Source: Chitinophagia bacterium (lineage in GTDB: Bacteria; Bacteroidota; Bacteroidia; Chitinophagales; Chitinophagaceae). Taken from it: a stretch of DNA of 64,000 nucleotides. Below the pieces are notes generated by a model that had not been told where the DNA came from, did not search any database, and was given only the letters and a program-made list of their open reading frames with translations. Below are positions 59,817-64,000 of this stretch, piece by piece. Within the stretch, counting starts at the first letter, position 1. Each line of letters begins with the position of its first letter. The position numbers and the translations under genes were made by a program. The stretch spans positions 4,191 through 68,190 of the forward strand of contig RFZW01000001.1 in the NCBI GenBank assembly GCA_009920495.1, in the 5' to 3' direction.

Positions 59817-61888
59817 CTATTTCGTTTTAAACTCCCAGCTTACTTTTCCAATATTGTTGGGCTTTCCTTTTTCTCCTACTGAAATGTTACCAATCAATTG
59901 GCCTTTACTATCTCTTTTAATAGTTACTGTTCTCCAGGAATAAGCTCCGCGTTCATAGTCATAAGTTTTGCCGTCATCATCATATAAACGGTAGCTTGCT
60001 TCTTTCTCACCATAATGTTTAATGACCAAGTCATATTTTCCTTCAGCAACAGTGGTGCTTTCGGTCATTGGAATTACACCACCATCTCGCACAAATACAG
60101 GGATATGGTCTAATCCAGGAGTAACGGTGATTACTTCACCTTCGCCCACCAATTTACCGGTATAAAAATCATACCATTTACCTGCAGGTAAAATTACTTT
60201 TCTGCTGGTTTCTCCTGTAAATAAGGGCGCAATTAGTAATTGATCACCTACCATATATTGGTCCTTTATTTCTTTTTTTACAGCCATTTTATATGGATTT
60301 TTTTCGGAGTCAAGCTGTGTGCTTTCTTCTTTACTTGTTGCAGCAAACCCATCCACTAAATTCATTGCCCTAAAAGGGGGACGACCATAAAAGGCATACT
60401 CCGCAAAACAAGTATATAAGTAAGGAATTAATTGCATTCTTAAATTAGCCACATCGGCCACTTGTTTTTCCACTTCGGGAAAGGTCCATGGTTTAGTGCC
60501 AGTACTTCAGGGGTCCATAATGTGCCTATAAAGGAGCTATTAATGAGTGCAGTAATAAAGTCACGATGACTATAGTAATCGTTATAAATGACAAATGGGA
60601 ATGCCGTCGCCCCCGCATTGGTTGCACGAACTAAGCCATAAGTGCGTGTATTATTTGCACGAAATAATTGCGTGTTTAATTTTTGCATCATCACACCATA
60701 AGTTTGTCGCATTACTTCGGCTGGAATTTTGGAAGGGAACTTAGTGACATCAGGCCATAACCAAAAATCGAATCCATCATTTTCATCCATCTTAAATCCA
60801 CTCACACCAATATTCAATAAGTTTTTTTGAAAGTGATTTCCAATAATAGTATTGGTTTGCTTCATGGAATAGTCAGGAATAAATCCAGTCCAAACCGTGT
60901 GCGATGCAGTGTAAGGTTTCAAAGCAGGCAATATTTTTGCATCAGGCGATATGTAGGGGTTAATCCAAAGGTTGGTGTAAATGCCCTTGGTTTTTAAATT
61001 GCTAATCAGCCCTTTTGGATCAGGGAAACGTGTGCTATCCCATTCGTAAGTACATGGGTAGGCCTTACTTTGCCAACCTGGTTCCAAACCAATCACCGTC
61101 AATGGAAATTGGTGTTTGGTAAATCCATCTACTTCGGCTAGTAGTTGTTGGTCATTAAATAAAGTAGGCGTACGATGCCAAAATCCCAGGCCCCATTTGG
61201 GGGGCAAACATCCACCACCTTGGTATAAATTAAATCGGCTTACAGCATCAAGTGTACTTGGGCCACCAAATACATAAAGTTCAACCCCCTCCGCCGGAAT
61301 GAGTACTTCCACATTATCTGAATAGGGGGCAGCCGACCACTTGCGATCCGTATTGCGGTCACGCACTACAGGCGGATTTTTACTATCCACGCGAACGCCA
61401 GTGCCTACCCATATATCAATATACCTGGATGAATTTATAAATACCCCATAGCCTTTGGAGGAAACATAAAAGGGAATGGGTGCATGTGATCGGCCGTTGT
61501 CCACGCCGTCGTAATGGTCCTCGTGTAGTCGAAGTATTCGGCCTCTTTGTTCCACGGTTTTAAAATTCAATCCTAAGCCAAATATTTTTTCCGCTTTTTC
61601 CAGCGGAAATCTTAAGTAAGTTTTACCATCAAAAATTTCAAATTTTATTTCATTGGGGCTCAGTGGAAATGCTACAGAACTCATTTCATTGATAGCGGAT
61701 GTTTTAGGCTTTGATTCGGAAATACTTAATAAGTTGTTTGTTTCAGGCTTGCCTACTTTTGCTTTCCAAACGCCATTGGCCATTTTCTCCCAGCGTAGTA
61801 TGGGGGTTTGTGAATTTGCAGCCATCAATGATAGTTGAAAAAATACAGATAGGCAGCTGTATAATAAAAGGTTGCTTTTAATTTTCAT
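59817..61888 (-). pseudogene. GH31 glycoside hydrolase split by an internal deletion/frameshift near 60502
   Basis: PPKWGLGFW, RFPDP, GFKMDEND; C-part LRMQLIPYLY, DQYMVG, YDDDG in another frame. Confidence 0.85.
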
Positions 61889-62128
61889 TATAACGATATT
61901 GATTATTAAAGGAAGTTAAATAATGTTTTACAAAAAGTTATATTTTTCTATTCATACAATTAAGTTGTTTAATGAGGGTAGTACATAAATGATATTTTTG
62001 GCAGTAGATAAATTTTTAAAAGGCATCAGATATTCCATCCGGTGATTCGTTCATTTAGTTAAAACTTTATACGGATAAATCGCATTACTGCCGCCCTGAA
62101 TCCTTAATTTTACGTATAAATCAATGTC

Positions 62129-64000
62129 TTGGAATCACCTGTATTATTAATAACACCTCCTTTCACACAATTAAATACACCGTATCCGGCTACTGCGTAT
62201 TTGAAAGGGTTTTTTAATACAAAAAACATTGCTACTGTTCAAGCTGATTTAGGAATTGAAGTAACTATGGAATTGTTTAGTAAGCGAGGGCTTGAAAAAC
62301 TTTTCTCAACCATCCAAGCAAAAACCGAATCCAGTGACCTAACACTTTCAGGAAATAGCTTGCGCATGATTGCATTACGCGACACTTATATTCAAACTAT
62401 TGAGCACGTTATACAGTTTTTACAGGGTAAGCAAAATACATTAGCACATACTATTTGTACGAGACAATTTTTACCAGAAGCAAATCGATTTGCCCAAATG
62501 GATGATTTAAAGTGGGCTTTTGGTAGTATGGGTAAACAAGATAGGGCCAAGCATATTGCCACTATGTATTTAGAGGACTTGGGTGATTTGATTAAGGAAA
62601 CGGTCGATGTGCATTTTGGATTTAGTCGCTATGCAGAAAGCTTAGGAAGATCTGCGAATTCATTTGATGAATTATATAATGCACTACAATTACCCTATAC
62701 TTATTTGGATGAAATATTAGTTCAAATTTTTGCAGATCGTATAGCTCAAGTGCAGCCAAAACTGGTTTGTATTTCGGTGCCATTCCCTGGTAATTTATAT
62801 ACCTCACTAAGGTGTGGTCAGTGGATTAAAAAAAATTGGCCGCATATTAAAGTAGCGATGGGTGGTGGTTTTGCAAATACGGAACTACGATCATTAAGTG
62901 ATGTTCGCGTATTTGAATTTTATGATTTTATCACCTTAGATGATGGAGAAGCACCATTGGAAATTTTAATTGAACATATTGATGGTAAAAAGGAATTAAC
63001 TGAATTAAAAAGATGTTTCACACTTGTAAATAATTCAGTCACCTATATTAATAATACCAGCTGTACTGATTATAAACAAGGCCAGGTGGGAACGCCTGAT
63101 TATGAAGGTCTTTTATTGGATCAATATATTTCTGTCATTGAAATAGCCAATCCAATGCATAGTTTATGGAGCGATGGTCGATGGAATAAACTAACTATGG
63201 CGCATGGCTGTTATTGGGCAAAATGTACATTTTGTGATATTTCCTTAGATTACATTAAAAACTATGAACCCATATCCGCTAGCTTATTGGTGGATAGGAT
63301 GGAGGAGTTGATTGCTAAAACTGGCCAAAATGGATTTCATTTTGTAGACGAAGCTGCGCCACCTTCCATGATGAAAGCGGTATCCATTGAAATTATAAAA
63401 CGAAAATTAGTGGTGAGCTGGTGGGCCAATATTCGTTTTGATAAAAGCTTTACTCAAGATTTATGTTATTTGTTAAAAGCATCAGGATGCATTGCAGTGA
63501 GCGGTGGTCTTGAAGTTGCATCTGACCGATTATTGGAACTCATACAAAAAGGTATTACTGTTGCACAGGTGGCTAAAGTAAGTAAACATTTTTCAGAAGC
63601 AGGTATTATGGTGCATGCTTATTTAATGTATGGATTCCCGACACAAACAGTACAAGAAACTATTGACTCCTTGGAAATGGTCAGGCAGTTATTTGAAACC
63701 GAAGTATTACAATCTGCATACTGGCATTTGTTTACCATGACAGCGCATAGTCCAGTAGGATTGGCCCCTGAAAAGTTTTTGGTAAAAAAAGTTTCCAATG
63801 AAATTGGCACATTCGCCAATAATGATATTGCACATACTGATCCTACTGGTGCCGATCACGAATTGTTTGGTTTCGGATTAAAAAAAGCATTGTTTAATTA
63901 CATGCATGGGAATTGTTTTGAATTTTCATTACAAAAATGGTTTGATTTTAAAGTGCCTAATACAACGATTGCACCCCACTTCATACAAAAAGCAATTACG
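62129..64000 (+). CDS. B12-binding radical SAM protein (runs off the window end)
   Basis: TTG start, ITPPFTQLNTPYPATAYLKGF, GCYWAKCTFCD (CxxxCxxC), FHFVDEAAPP, HAYLMYGFP; absent from the ORF track because there is no stop in the window. Confidence 0.88.
   Translation, partial: MESPVLLITPPFTQLNTPYPATAYLKGFFNTKNIATVQADLGIEVTMELFSKRGLEKLFSTIQAKTESSDLTLSGNSLRMIALRDTYIQTIEHVIQFLQGKQNTLAHTICTRQFLPEANRFAQMDDLKWAFGSMGKQDRAKHIATMYLEDLGDLIKETVDVHFGFSRYAESLGRSANSFDELYNALQLPYTYLDEILVQIFADRIAQVQPKLVCISVPFPGNLYTSLRCGQWIKKNWPHIKVAMGGGFANTELRSLSDVRVFEFYDFITLDDGEAPLEILIEHIDGKKELTELKRCFTLVNNSVTYINNTSCTDYKQGQVGTPDYEGLLLDQYISVIEIANPMHSLWSDGRWNKLTMAHGCYWAKCTFCDISLDYIKNYEPISASLLVDRMEELIAKTGQNGFHFVDEAAPPSMMKAVSIEIIKRKLVVSWWANIRFDKSFTQDLCYLLKASGCIAVSGGLEVASDRLLELIQKGITVAQVAKVSKHFSEAGIMVHAYLMYGFPTQTVQETIDSLEMVRQLFETEVLQSAYWHLFTMTAHSPVGLAPEKFLVKKVSNEIGTFANNDIAHTDPTGADHELFGFGLKKALFNYMHGNCFEFSLQKWFDFKVPNTTIAPHFIQKAIT

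Noticed and set aside
59817-61888. Sulfoquinovosidase call for the GH31
   Set aside because: The nucleophile region is GFKMDEND rather than the WMADFGE I associate with sulfoquinovosidases.
61890-62128. Possible riboswitch or ncRNA upstream of the radical SAM gene
   Set aside because: No cobalamin or SAM riboswitch consensus elements or convincing stems were recognised.
706-63819. Short antisense or overlapping ORFs in the track (e.g. 706-957, 6227-6532, 32162-32491, 41807-42127, 44232-44594, 46580-46996, 59731-59943, 62622-62807, 63619-63819)
   Set aside because: They lie within or opposite well-supported genes or terminators and have no recognisable motifs, so they are shadow ORFs.

Overview
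AT-rich Bacteroidota DNA: it has T9SS C-terminal domains, SusC/SusD and a DTE proteorhodopsin with blh. A freshwater Chitinophagaceae-like host is my inference. The first ~21 kb is an accessory region cut into modules by six full or partial copies of one ~270-360 bp repeat. The two complete copies (3723-3995, 12489-12847) carry the 3' half of an elongator tRNA-Met starting exactly at the anticodon loop. That core is flanked by conserved arms with direct TGCGTGAGG motifs, 10-bp-phased TCGGT repeats and an IHF-like site. This looks like a tandem array of attP-like junctions, with no integrase in the window. The modules between repeats are: multicopper oxidase/MORN/SCO; an MNT-HEPN toxin-antitoxin pair; a YHYH/PEBP/three-metallophosphoesterase cluster; a sulfide/persulfide cluster (SQR, CoA-disulfide reductase-rhodanese, rhodaneses, Crp/Fnr regulator with four CRP-type palindromes); and small hypotheticals. 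22-37 kb is a light/photorepair neighbourhood (two photolyase-family genes, fasciclin, DUF2256, TIGR03643, AlkB, desaturase, proteorhodopsin, blh). 39-62 kb holds amino-acid catabolism and glycan genes (IDO-like dioxygenase, M20 peptidase, serine dehydratase, CE7, sulfatases, DUF4962 lyase, SusC/D, GH31). A radical SAM gene runs off the right edge. At least six genes are broken by short internal deletions, which may be collapsed assembly gaps. Family calls come from motif recognition, not database searches.
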